Shown one piece after another: positions 26,890 through 37,203 of a stretch of DNA of 64,000 bases; positions within the stretch are counted from its first letter, which is position 1; each line of letters opens with the position of its first letter. Where the stretch lies: positions 90,109 through 154,108 of the forward strand of contig CBDETK010000008.1 of NCBI GenBank assembly GCA_965242865.1, given 5' to 3'. Made by a program: the position numbers and the translations under genes. The stretch comes from Candidatus Latescibacterota bacterium. Its GTDB lineage: Bacteria; Latescibacterota; UBA2968; UBA8231. The notes beneath the pieces were generated by a model. The model saw nothing but the letters and a program-made list of their open reading frames with translations. It was not told the DNA's origin and searched no databases.

Positions 26890-29800
26890 ATGGCAAGACA
26901 CTCGAGACGGCTCGACCGACACACGATCCGCCGGGCCGCAATCCTGTTGGTTTGCGCACTTCTCGGCTTGCTCGCTGTCGCTGAGGAGTCGCCGGATCCA
27001 TCCTTCCACCTGCCCGGCGAATGGGGCGGTCCCGCTGGAGGCGATTTGGCCCGCATGGTGGATCCGTCCAACGACTCGTACGCCACCGAAGTCTACGCCG
27101 AAGAAATCGCTGCGGAACTGCATGCTCTCGCTGATCAGCTGCTCGTAGATCCGACCGACGGCGAGGCCGTCCGTAGTTTGCTGGATCCGGTCTTTCGGGG
27201 CGCTCCGCTTGAAGGGCCTGACGAATCGAAGCGACAGGGAGGACTCGCAGTGTTCGAAAGCTCCCCGACCAAGGAGACGATTCTGAACGCGGATCAGTTC
27301 GCGGCCGCTTTCTCCGGGTTAGTTGGCCGCCACGGCCAACTCGAGAGTGCCGAGTTCCACGTCACCGGTCTGGCGGAGCGTACCGCGCGAGGGGAAACCG
27401 AAGTTGAATCGGTCGTCCATTACGCGTTGTTCGGTCCGACCGGCGATGGCAATGGATCCGTCCAGCAGACGGGCGAGTGGATCTTGACTTGGACTCGTCG
27501 CGCATCGGGTTGGAGCGTGCGGACATGGCAGACGAGCAAGCACAGCCGCGTCGAGGCTGTCCGTCCGCTCTTCACCGACGTGACCGAGCAGTCTCTGGGA
27601 TCCAACGAATCCTACTGGAAGCAGCTGACCTTGGGCGTCGATCATTGGCGGGCCGCCCTTGATGGCGCGATCGGCATCGATGTCTACGGACACCACGGCG
27701 TCAGCCTCGGGGACATTGATGGCGATGGAGATGACGACCTCTACGTAAGCCAGCCGTCCGGCCTCCCGAATCGGCTCTATCGCAACAATGGCGGATTGGT
27801 CTTCACCGACATCACCCGAGCATCGAGCGCGGGGGTGCTGGACAGCACTTCCATGGCCCTGTTCGCCGACATTGACAATGACGGCGATCAGGATCTGACG
27901 CTGATCACCGCGCGAGCCCCGATCCTCCTACGCAACGACGGCACGGGTTCGTTACAGCACGATCGGGACGCGTTCAGCTTCTCGGTCTCGCCGCGTGGTC
28001 AGCTCACGTCGGCCGCAATGGCCGACTACGACCGCGACGGCGATCTCGACTTGTACGTCTGCTCCTATCGATTCCACGCCGGGGCCGGGGATCACCGTCC
28101 GCCCCAGCCGTATCACGACGCCAACAACGGGCCCCCGAACTTCTTCCTCCGCAACCGAGGGGACGGCACATTCGAGGAGGTCACCGCGGCGAGCGGCCTC
28201 AATGCGAACAACACGCGCTTCAGCTTCGCCGCCGCTTGGGCCGACTACGACGCTGACGGCTGGCCCGACCTTTACGTCGCGAACGACTTCGGTCGCAACA
28301 ACCTCTACCGCAATCGCGGCGATGGCACGTTCTCCGATGTTGCGGAACTCGCAGGCGTGGAAGATGTCGCCGCGGGCATGAGCGTCGCGTGGCTGGACCA
28401 CGATTTGGACGGCAACCGAGACCTGTATGTCGGAAACATGTGGTCGTCAGCAGGCCTCCGCATCAGCGACAAGGCAGAATTCCGGGCGGGTTCCGCCACG
28501 GAAGCACTGGCCCTCTACCGGCGTCACGCGAAAGGGAACTCTCTGTTCCGGGGCCTTGGCGAGGGACGCTTCGACGAGATTTCCTCGACGGCTGGGGTGG
28601 AGCGCGGGCGCTGGGCTTGGAGCAGCGACGCTGTCGATCTCGACAATGACGGCTACGAGGAACTCTATGTCGCCAACGGGTACGTCACGAACGCCAGCGA
28701 CCGAGATCTTTGAAGTTTCTTCTGGCGGCAAGTTGTGTCGCGCTCGCCCGCCGACGAGCGGTCGGCATCGGACTACGAATCCGCGTGGAGATCGATTACC
28801 GCACTCATCGAAGCCGGGGAATCGTGGAGCGGGAACGAGCGGAACCTCTGCTACCTCAACAACCGTGACGGCACGTTTGCGGAAATCTCGGCGGTGGCCG
28901 GTCTCGACTTTCCTGACGATGGGCGTGCGTTCGCTGCAGGGGATCTGGACGGTGACGGCGATCTCGATTTGGTGCTGAAGTCGCGCAACGCACCCGGCAT
29001 CCGCATCGTGCGCAACGACTGGTCCGCGGGCAATTCGATTCGCATCAGGGTGCGCGGCGGACCGGAGCGGCGTTCCGCGGCAGGTGCGGTCGCTACGGTT
29101 CAAACCGACGGTCGCCGTATGGAGAAAACTCCGCGCATCGGTTCGGGGTTCCTGTCGCAGCACTCTCAGGAACTGCACTTCGGACTCGGATCGGCGGATG
29201 ACGTCGAAGAACTGCGTGTGAGTTGGCCTTCCGGGACAGAGCGAGTCTGGAGGAACTTGGCTGCGAATCGACGCTACTCGGTAGCCGAGGATTCGGATCG
29301 CATCGCTTCGATGGCATTCGAGACGACACCGCGAGATACCGGATCGAATGACGCGAACCGGCCGCTGCCGCCCGAACTGGCCTCGGGAACCTGGCTCGTC
29401 GAACCCCTCGCGGCACCGGATTGGGAACTCAAGGATCTCGATGGCCTCGCACGTAGCCTCTCGGATTTCCGGGGCGCTCCGCTCGCCGTGAATGTCTGGG
29501 CCACTTGGTGCCCGCCCTGCCGCGGCGAATTGCGGGACTTCCAGCGCAACTTGGGGGAGTTCGAGCAGGCTGGAGTGCAATTGGTCGCGGTCTCGGTTGA
29601 CGAACCGGGCACTGCCACTGAGGTGGCCGCATTCGCCCGGGAGGAGCGATTGGGATTCCCAGTGCTGCTTGCGGATCGCGATTTCGTCACTGCCTACAAC
29701 GTCCTGAAGCGCAACATGTTCAACCTCCGGTCCGATTTGCAGATTCCCACTACCTTCCTGCTGAACCGGGAAGGATTCATCGAACGCATCTATCAGGGCC

Positions 29801-30663
29801 GCATCGAACCGGAGCGCCTCTTACGCGACATGGAATTCCTGGATGAGCCTGCGGCAACCCGACTTGCCCGAGCCCTTCCGTTCGAAGGGCGCTTTCTCGG
29901 ACCCGCGCCGATTCGAAACTACACCGCATTGGGGACGGAGCTGCTAGAAGGCGGTTTGTCTGGAGCAGCCCTGCCGTACTTCGAGGCCGCGGCCGAAAGA
30001 GTTCCGAACGACGCCATCCTTCAATTCAACCTCGGCACGGCTCTGGCCGCGCGGGGTTCGCTGGCTGCGGCGCAGTTCGCTTTCGACCGGGCCGTGCGAT
30101 TGAATCCTGCCTACAGCGAGGCACGCAACAGCCTTGGAGTCGTTCTGGATCGCCTCGGGAACCAGGAAGCGGCCATCGATCAGTTTCGAGCAGCGGTCGA
30201 GGCCAGTCCATCGTACGAGAAGGCGATCGGCAACCTATCGACCGCCTATGCACGCTCCGGAAAATTGGATCTCGCCATCGCAATGCTGGAAGCGGCCATA
30301 GCCAGTGATCCGAGTGCGGTCAGATTGCTCAACCGCCTCGGTCGGCTACACGCCCGAAAAGGAGCTCTCGACGCCGCCCGGAACCGGTTCGACCAAGCGT
30401 TGAAGACGGCACCGACGGATCCCGACACGCTCAATAATCTCGCGCTCCTCGCAGCCCAACGTGGGGAATTCGGCGAAGCGATGGCTCGGCTCCACGACCT
30501 CGTCGGTGCGCGACCCGACTTCGAACCCGCCTACCTCTCGCTCGCGCAGGTGCAGGCCGCGACGAACGATCCAGAGGGGGCCCGAGCGACGCTGGAAGCG
30601 CTTCTCGCGCGGCATCCGGGAAACGTGGAAGGGCGGAAGATGTTGGACGGGCTGGAGAACTAG
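26890..30663 (+). CDS. FG-GAP/CRTAC1 + ASPIC/UnbV + TlpA-like redoxin + TPR protein with one in-frame UGA (28711-28713)
   Basis: ORFs 26836-28713 and 28735-30663 are in the same frame, joined by D-L-TGA-S-F-F-W-R-Q-V-V. FG-GAP blades lie on both sides; GFLSQHS.ELHFGLG; WATWCPPC; TPR tail. Confidence 0.8.
28724..28752 (+). promoter_or_regulatory. Candidate bacterial SECIS-like hairpin
   Basis: GGCGG(28724-28728) pairs with CCGCC(28748-28752). The imperfect upper stem has a bulged U and an apical GU, and the hairpin begins 11 nt after the UGA. Folded by eye. Confidence 0.4.
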
Positions 30664-30745
30664 TCCGAGGGCGAGCAGCGGGTGATCCTTCCATTCCGAT
30701 AGCTGTCTAGGTCAGAATGGAAACCGGGCGAAACGCCTCCCGACA

Positions 30746-32038
30746 GTGCGCGTCAAGCAGCCGCTCAAATTTTCCTCCGGCGATCCGACGGGAGTTGGCT
30801 CGAGATCGCGATTCGTCAAGCTCGTTGCCGCGTCAGTGCAGAGGCTTTGCGCTGGATGCACGGCACTTGTCGCGTGCTGGGCCTTATCCGGAGACCTCCT
30901 TGGTCAATCGGGAGCGAGCAGCCAGCTCGAATCCATCTATCGCGAAGCGGAGACCGCCTTTCGCGAGCAGCGACTGGACGTCGCAGCGGACGGTTATCGC
31001 GAGCTGGCCGAACTCAGTCCGGAAACCGCGGAAGTCCACGCGAAGCTCGGCTTGATCGAATACCTCCGCGGCCGATTCGGCGAGGCGGTACCCGCCCTCC
31101 GCGCGGCCCTGCAGCTGAAACCCGGCTTGCCGAACGTGAACACGCTGCTGTCGATCTCGCTCGCGGAACTCGGGCAGTTCGCCGAGGCCTTGCCCGGATT
31201 GGAGAAGGGCTTTGAAGATCCGGCAGACAGTGACTTGCACCGATTGATCGGACTGGAGTTGCAGCGCAGCTACTCCGCCCTCGGTCGCCAGCACGAAGCC
31301 AGCCGCACCATGGGAAAGCTGAGCGAACTGTATCCGGACGACCCTGAAATCCTTTACCACACCGGTCGCTTCTTCGCGGATCTGGCGGCGTCTTCGATGC
31401 GGCGCCTGCTAGATGTCGCACCGGATTCCGTCTGGGGTCATCAAGCGGCCGCCGAGGCTTTGGACAGCCAAGGCAATTACGACTTGGCGGTGGTCGAGTA
31501 TCGCAAGGTACTTGCGGAGCAACCGGGTCGGCCGGGAGTGCATTACAGCATCGCGCGGGCGATCCAGCGGAGCGGCGGCAAGGCTGGATCCGAGGCCGAT
31601 GCGATCGCCGAGTTCCGCGACGAGCTGCGGATCGACCCGTCCAACGCGCTGGCCGCGTACGAACTCGGAGAAATTTACCGCAAGAGCGGACGATTGGACG
31701 ACGCCCTTGATCTGTTTCGGCAGGCTGTTCGCCACCGGCCTGACTTCGGTCTCGGCCGGATCGGTCTCGGTCGGGTGCTGCGGGAACTTGAAGACCTGAG
31801 CGAGGCGCGGACACACTTGGAAGCCGCGACGCGCTTGGCACCGGACAACGAAGTCGCGCGCTATCAGCTAGCGTCGGTCTACCGCGGGCTTGGCGACCTC
31901 GACAGCGCACGGCGCGAGATGGAGGCCTTTCAACGGCTGCAGGCTCGCCAACCGGGTGACTCGGAGGCAGGTCGGCTACCGTTCCAACGCGAGGATTCCA
32001 CGCTCCAGCGCCTTGACCCAACCGAGCAGGGCCAGTAG
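30746..32038 (+). CDS. Secreted TPR protein, paralogue of 25646-26839
   Basis: TPR repeats; shared APDS/APGS and ARYQLA..YR.LG motifs; start uncertain. Confidence 0.85.
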   Translation: MRVKQPLKFSSGDPTGVGSRSRFVKLVAASVQRLCAGCTALVACWALSGDLLGQSGASSQLESIYREAETAFREQRLDVAADGYRELAELSPETAEVHAKLGLIEYLRGRFGEAVPALRAALQLKPGLPNVNTLLSISLAELGQFAEALPGLEKGFEDPADSDLHRLIGLELQRSYSALGRQHEASRTMGKLSELYPDDPEILYHTGRFFADLAASSMRRLLDVAPDSVWGHQAAAEALDSQGNYDLAVVEYRKVLAEQPGRPGVHYSIARAIQRSGGKAGSEADAIAEFRDELRIDPSNALAAYELGEIYRKSGRLDDALDLFRQAVRHRPDFGLGRIGLGRVLRELEDLSEARTHLEAATRLAPDNEVARYQLASVYRGLGDLDSARREMEAFQRLQARQPGDSEAGRLPFQREDSTLQRLDPTEQGQ

Positions 32039-32257
32039 CGGGATAGACCGCCGCCTGAAGCTGGAGTTGGCCGCAGGCGCCCCGAGGCAAGTCCCCAGGC
32101 ATTCTTGGTCACCGTGTTGGCTCCTGTATGCGGGCACTTGCCGTTGCGCGACCAATTCGTTTCGGCCACCCCAAACGCCCGACTCCGACCCGACCGCCGC
32201 GATGTCCACAAGCTGATCGTCTCGGCTGGAAGGGCTGCTCGATACGGTGGCAGGGCG

Positions 32258-32680
32258 TCAATGGGCCGTGCCGCTGCAGCTGACCATCCAGTGAATACCG
32301 AACCGGTCCCGGCACATCCCGAAGTAGTCGCCCCAGAACGCATCTTGCTGGGGCATCATGACCTCGCCGCCTACGCGGAGCTTGGCGAAGATTTCGTCGC
32401 ACTGTTCTCGGCTGTCTCCGTTGAACGAGACAGCGAAGCCTGATTTGGATTCGGCCGCTGCGGCAGTACCACTCGGCTGGTCACTGCCCATCAGGAGCGT
32501 CGAGCCCACGGGCAGCGCGATGTGCAGCACGCGCTCCATGTCGGCTTCCGCGACCTCCATGTGCTCGGAGCCCATCGAGAACGGCACGTTGGAGGAAAAC
32601 TCGCCCCCGAAGACGCCCTTGTAGAAGTCAAACGCCTCTTGGCAGTTTCCATCGAAGAATAGGTAGGTTGACAGAGACAT
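32258..32680 (-). CDS. VOC/PhnB (3-demethylubiquinone methyltransferase-like) family protein
   Basis: MSLSTYLFFDGNCQEAFDFY..VLH..LMGSD..FWGDYFGMCRDRFGIHWM; GGAGG RBS before ATG 32680. Confidence 0.9.
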   Translation of the reverse strand: MSLSTYLFFDGNCQEAFDFYKGVFGGEFSSNVPFSMGSEHMEVAEADMERVLHIALPVGSTLLMGSDQPSGTAAAAESKSGFAVSFNGDSREQCDEIFAKLRVGGEVMMPQQDAFWGDYFGMCRDRFGIHWMVSCSGTAH

Positions 32681-33054
32681 CGACTCCTCCTTGATGCGGC
32701 CCCAAGCGCGCGGCCGAACTTGCAGTATAGCCGTCTCGCGCGGGTTGACAGGCGAAGCAGCGGTCCGCGCCGTCAGCAACGTTACAGCTCTTACCCCAGA
32801 ACGCCGAGTCGGCTGGTGCTCCCGCAGTTGCCCGCCTCGAATAATCCACCGCCAACGCGGTGACGCTCCCTCAAGGCCGACCAGCTTGGTCTCGCATCTG
32901 GGTAACCCGTTCCGACCACCGCTAGCGTCAATTTCAGCGGGCGGGCAACAAGGACCGTAATCGCTGACACTGGCGGCCATTGAAGCGCATGTGGGGGTAG
33001 CTCGCCCTTCGACCGGAACTTGGTAGGTGGAAACTCGTAAGATAAGAGTTAGGC

Positions 33055-33795
33055 GTGGCGCGACAGACCGACATCAAGGCTGACCTTACGCTTGAACTGA
33101 GTGGTTCCGGAATCACGCTGTCCGCGTTCCGTAGAGGAGTCAACGCCTTCGTTGGCCTGCTAGAGGTGCTGACGGGTTCCGTGTGTGTCGCAGTTCCGTC
33201 CGTGGATTGGCAGATACAGGTCAGGGCCGGGAGCAATCTGATCGGCGCGTCGGCAGCGAAGAACTCGGATCAGTCCAAGGTTCGTAGTGTCCTTGAGCTG
33301 GCAGGAGGCTGTTTCCGTCCGTCTAGCACGGGACGTGCCGGTGAGGTGACGTTTCCCGAAGGCGCGAAGAAACACGTGCGCGAACTGGCCAAGCTGTCTA
33401 TCGAGACTGACGCAAGTGTCGGATTCTGGGTTGGCCAGGAACGTCACGAAGTCGAGCCGCGACTGGCGAAGTCGATGCAATCGGCGCCGGCTCGTGCAAC
33501 GACGCTCCCCGGTGCGGTCGAGGGCCACATTTCAGCGTTGTATAACCGCGACAGCATCTATTTCGAGCTTCGCGAGTCCGTTGGAGAGCACTCAATCAAG
33601 TGCGTCGTCAAGGACGACCTGATCGAGATCTGCAAGGATCTCTGGCGCAAGCGAGTCACGGTCCATGGAATCGTACAATACGACCGAGACGGGCTTCCTT
33701 CCAAGGTAGATGTCCGAGATATCGTACCTTTTCCCCCAGACACAGAACTTCCATCCTATTTGGATGTTCGCGGTATATTGAGGAAGTATGAATGA
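33055..33795 (+). CDS. Hypothetical protein with probable C-terminal OB-like fold (antitoxin-like)
   Basis: 246-aa ORF; N-terminal LELSG...VRAGS domain and GxVEGxI...FEL...IKC...KRVTVHG.V.Y pattern similar to the N-terminal two-thirds of the 14687/59116 proteins. Confidence 0.7.
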   Translation: MARQTDIKADLTLELSGSGITLSAFRRGVNAFVGLLEVLTGSVCVAVPSVDWQIQVRAGSNLIGASAAKNSDQSKVRSVLELAGGCFRPSSTGRAGEVTFPEGAKKHVRELAKLSIETDASVGFWVGQERHEVEPRLAKSMQSAPARATTLPGAVEGHISALYNRDSIYFELRESVGEHSIKCVVKDDLIEICKDLWRKRVTVHGIVQYDRDGLPSKVDVRDIVPFPPDTELPSYLDVRGILRKYE

Positions 33796-34084
33796 CGTCT
33801 AGCGTCTAATACTGTGCTAGTAGAATATAGTCGGATAAACTCACGCGAATGATGCTGTGTACGCGTTCAGCACTCGGGATTCGGAGGTGTCCAGCCGAAC
33901 ATTCCTGTCTTCAAAGCCATGAACTTGAGACGTCATGACTCGCTAAGTCGAGTAGCTTAGGCAGACTGATATACATCTATCACTTATGAAATTTTCTCAA
34001 GTCTTATATCTTGCCTGCAAGAGTTGCTAGACTCGATACTATTCGCCAAACTCTCGGACGAGCAAGCTCGTGAGAATCACAGCT

Positions 34085-35833
34085 CTATTCTTCATTAGAT
34101 TCCTGCTCACGTGTAGAATCGGTTCTGAGAGAATCACCAATGATTTCTCTAACTCGATTAAGGATAAGATCGGCTCTTTGCTCGCAAAACTCATGAAACT
34201 TTCCGAGCGAAAACAGTTCTGCCCATTCAGCATCACATGGATTTCCAGGTATCATACAATCCCTAGTCCTCGCCGACAAACCACCGAGGGTAGATTGTTG
34301 TCTAGCTCGATCTGCCAATCGACGAAGATAATTCGCGGGATAGTCTTCGCCAAGGCGCTGGTTTGTAGTGCCTAGGATTGGCACACGATTGCAAATGCTG
34401 TCCAACTTCTGTCGAGGTAGCCCATCATTCTTGGACGCGTTCTTTGGGAAAATATGGTGATCATGAAGGACGGATTCTGAATCAATGTTTTTTCCGGTGA
34501 TGAGATCTTGACGGATAGTCGTTGCGAAGACATTCAAGAGTGCTCTATACCTCACATCTGATGGCCTAAGTCTAAGCAAATCATCGCGATTTAACCGAAC
34601 CTCCGAAACATCCAAGGGTTCATTGTTTTCGGCATATCTTCGTAACGCACTAAAATGTTGGCCAATCCTGTAATTTGATGCCTGTGAAGCACCTGCCTGC
34701 ATAACCTTGCTGAAGTACCAACGTCTCACGAAGTCGTTATCGTCCCACAGATCTTCGGTTACATCATCTAATATTAGGCTCCGAATCGCAGCTAGTGCGA
34801 CTAGAATATTGTGGTTCGGAAGCGTCTTAGGTCGGGCGCCAAATGCCTGTACCCACTTGTACGTTGCTGCTAGGGCCTGAGTCGATTTTTCCCACTCTCG
34901 ATCTATTTCCTCGGGTGCTAGAGTCAACAGATTTCCACGCGTTGGATCCGTGTATCTCATTGATCGTGCTGCAGTTACAAGAAACAACACTTGGAGCACA
35001 CTCTCTCCATCAACCTCAAAATGCTTGAGAATTTCATGCTCGCTCAGTGCTTCTTCCCACCAAGCACGTAGATCGGGTTTCGGGAAGAATCGCGCTACCG
35101 CAAGGTCGAAAGTAGTTAATCGAGTTCCCGTACTATTGATGGTCTCAAAAACACGGCATATCGATTCAATACCGCTCTTTCGTTCGAGAGTCACAACGGG
35201 TACATGGTAGTTCCGAATGGTCTCAAATACGCCCTTGATGTACGCGGCGGATTCACGCCGTTTCTGTCTGCTATACTGTGGATCCGAAAAATCACCGGAA
35301 TCTTCAATATATGCAGTGACAAACACATCTGTTCTCTTTTGGTCGAGGATTATATCGGCACGTAACAACCTACCCTTGTCAAGGGTCTGTTCCGGCGTCG
35401 TCTTTCTATATCGCGTCTTGATCCAAGAAGTCTCTTCTCTGGCGTGAGCTTCAAGCAGATTCTTCAGGTCAAAATAATAGACTCTTCTAGGGTGTGCATT
35501 CAAGAATACACGTGCAATTGAAGTTGTTCTCTGCTGCCCATCAAGGATATAGGACTCGCCATCAACCTGCCCACCAGCGTCACCAAGCACGACGTCTTCT
35601 GGCGGAAATCCTGCCTTAATTTCGGCCTCGATACTGCGAGATCGTAGCGGCAGAGTTGGCTCGCGATCAAGCAACAGCAATGACCCGATCGGATAGTCTC
35701 GTGAGATCGAATCGATCAGCAGCGCAACTTGAGAATTGCTCCAGATGAACTTTCTCTGGAACTGTGGGATCGTCAAGGTCCCATCTTTCGCCCTTCTGAG
35801 CAAATCACCCAGTTTGTAGTTTGTTGTTTGCAT
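34085..35833 (-). CDS. DUF262 (GmrSD-like) protein with C-terminal HNH-like region
   Basis: IPQFQRKFIW, YPIGSLLL, ILDGQQRTT, VFETINSTGTRL; C-terminal HDHHIFPK..DSICN..TN; markedly low GC. Confidence 0.9.
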   Translation of the reverse strand: MQTTNYKLGDLLRRAKDGTLTIPQFQRKFIWSNSQVALLIDSISRDYPIGSLLLLDREPTLPLRSRSIEAEIKAGFPPEDVVLGDAGGQVDGESYILDGQQRTTSIARVFLNAHPRRVYYFDLKNLLEAHAREETSWIKTRYRKTTPEQTLDKGRLLRADIILDQKRTDVFVTAYIEDSGDFSDPQYSRQKRRESAAYIKGVFETIRNYHVPVVTLERKSGIESICRVFETINSTGTRLTTFDLAVARFFPKPDLRAWWEEALSEHEILKHFEVDGESVLQVLFLVTAARSMRYTDPTRGNLLTLAPEEIDREWEKSTQALAATYKWVQAFGARPKTLPNHNILVALAAIRSLILDDVTEDLWDDNDFVRRWYFSKVMQAGASQASNYRIGQHFSALRRYAENNEPLDVSEVRLNRDDLLRLRPSDVRYRALLNVFATTIRQDLITGKNIDSESVLHDHHIFPKNASKNDGLPRQKLDSICNRVPILGTTNQRLGEDYPANYLRRLADRARQQSTLGGLSARTRDCMIPGNPCDAEWAELFSLGKFHEFCEQRADLILNRVREIIGDSLRTDSTREQESNEE

Positions 35834-37203
35834 TTTTCCTGTGTGATCCAAACTGATGATTCTGTGTTAGTCGATGACAACTTGCGCGAGCTGAAGAATG
35901 ATCCCGGGCTAGCTTGCTCGAAGCACGGTCGGTCCGCTTGGCGAGTGGGAGCGAACGGTTCGTACGGCTCTGCTCCAGGACTGCCTCACCCCGGTCTTCT
36001 CTGCAATCCTACAGGCGGCCCAGAGACCACTTGCCGACCCACTCGCCGCATGCGATCGCGTGGGGCTCACAGGTGTCAGCGGAGCATCGCGGACAACGAA
36101 CCGGTCGGGCACAGTGCGATCCACTCTGAACCCAGTATAACAGGTAAGTCGACCTAGCTGCTAGTCACAGGATAGTATCCGTCAGTCAATGGTATCGCCT
36201 AGCTCGGATCCACTTCCAGTTTGCTTGGAATCTCCCCGCCGCGAGGAGATCTGCGACATGGCATCCACTCCAGCGAACGCAGCCGAAGGCCTCGGACATG
36301 CTTCTCGGCAGGGGCACCGTGGCGGTACGCGAATCGCAGAGGCCCCCTTGGTTGAGCATACCGCGCTGAACCGCCCCTGAACCGTTCCCGGGGAGAAATG
36401 AGCGTACGGGTTGGATGTTGGGCTTGATCTTGACGATTGCTTGAATGGTCTGCGGCATCAGGCAGGCCAGGCGACATGACGCCGACGGTCGATCGCGGCG
36501 GTCGCTTCGCGAAGAGACTAGGTGAAATAAGGCCTTTGGAGTGACCTGGACACTCTCCGGAGAGTCGTAGCCGGCCAGCGACCGTGATAGTGATTTCGGC
36601 CGCACAGCGGACGGACCCTAATCCAGCGAGGAGCGCAGTGGCGGACTCCCGCGCTAGTTGCGCGAGCCTTTGTCGAAGGGGCTGTTTCGTGGCGGACAGC
36701 TAGCTGGGATCACGATTTGCGTTGGCAAGACGTAGCGTTCGGCGGGAGCGCACTCGCGCACGGTCCGGATCTTGGTGCTTCCAACCCGCGCAAGCAGTCC
36801 GATCTGCTCCAACGAAACGATCCGATCGAGACTGATCAAGAGTTCCGACAGTTTCTTGCTCTCGGGCTCAAGAGCTGGAAATCCCAAACATTCTTAACTG
36901 GCCAGAGGTCATGTTGTCTGAAGCAGGGTACGCGCCGAGCGAAGGTCGACGAGCTTCGGAGACTGGCTGAATGCCGCGTGACCGGAGTGATTGAATCCTC
37001 GCTCCGCGTGCTCTCGATCTCGACCTCGCCGCCAGACTCGCCTGCCCCTATCGTAGATATTGGGATATGGGCGATACGACGCGTCCGCAGTTCGCGACTG
37101 TCGGCAGCACGGGGTTGCTCGAGAAGGGACCTCAGTGCTGTCGCGGTATGCATGCAGCACGGGTCGTTCGCCGATTCGACGAAAGGACGGAAAGGGGACA
37201 ACG

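Noticed and set aside
36654-36887. Short ORF with EPESKKLSELL, reminiscent of DUF262 N-termini
   Set aside because: No QR or DGQQR motif follows; the similarity is too short.
35860-37200. 1.3-kb region with several track ORFs, considered as genes or a riboswitch
   Set aside because: No recognisable protein or RNA motif; the ORFs look like spurious GC-rich frames.
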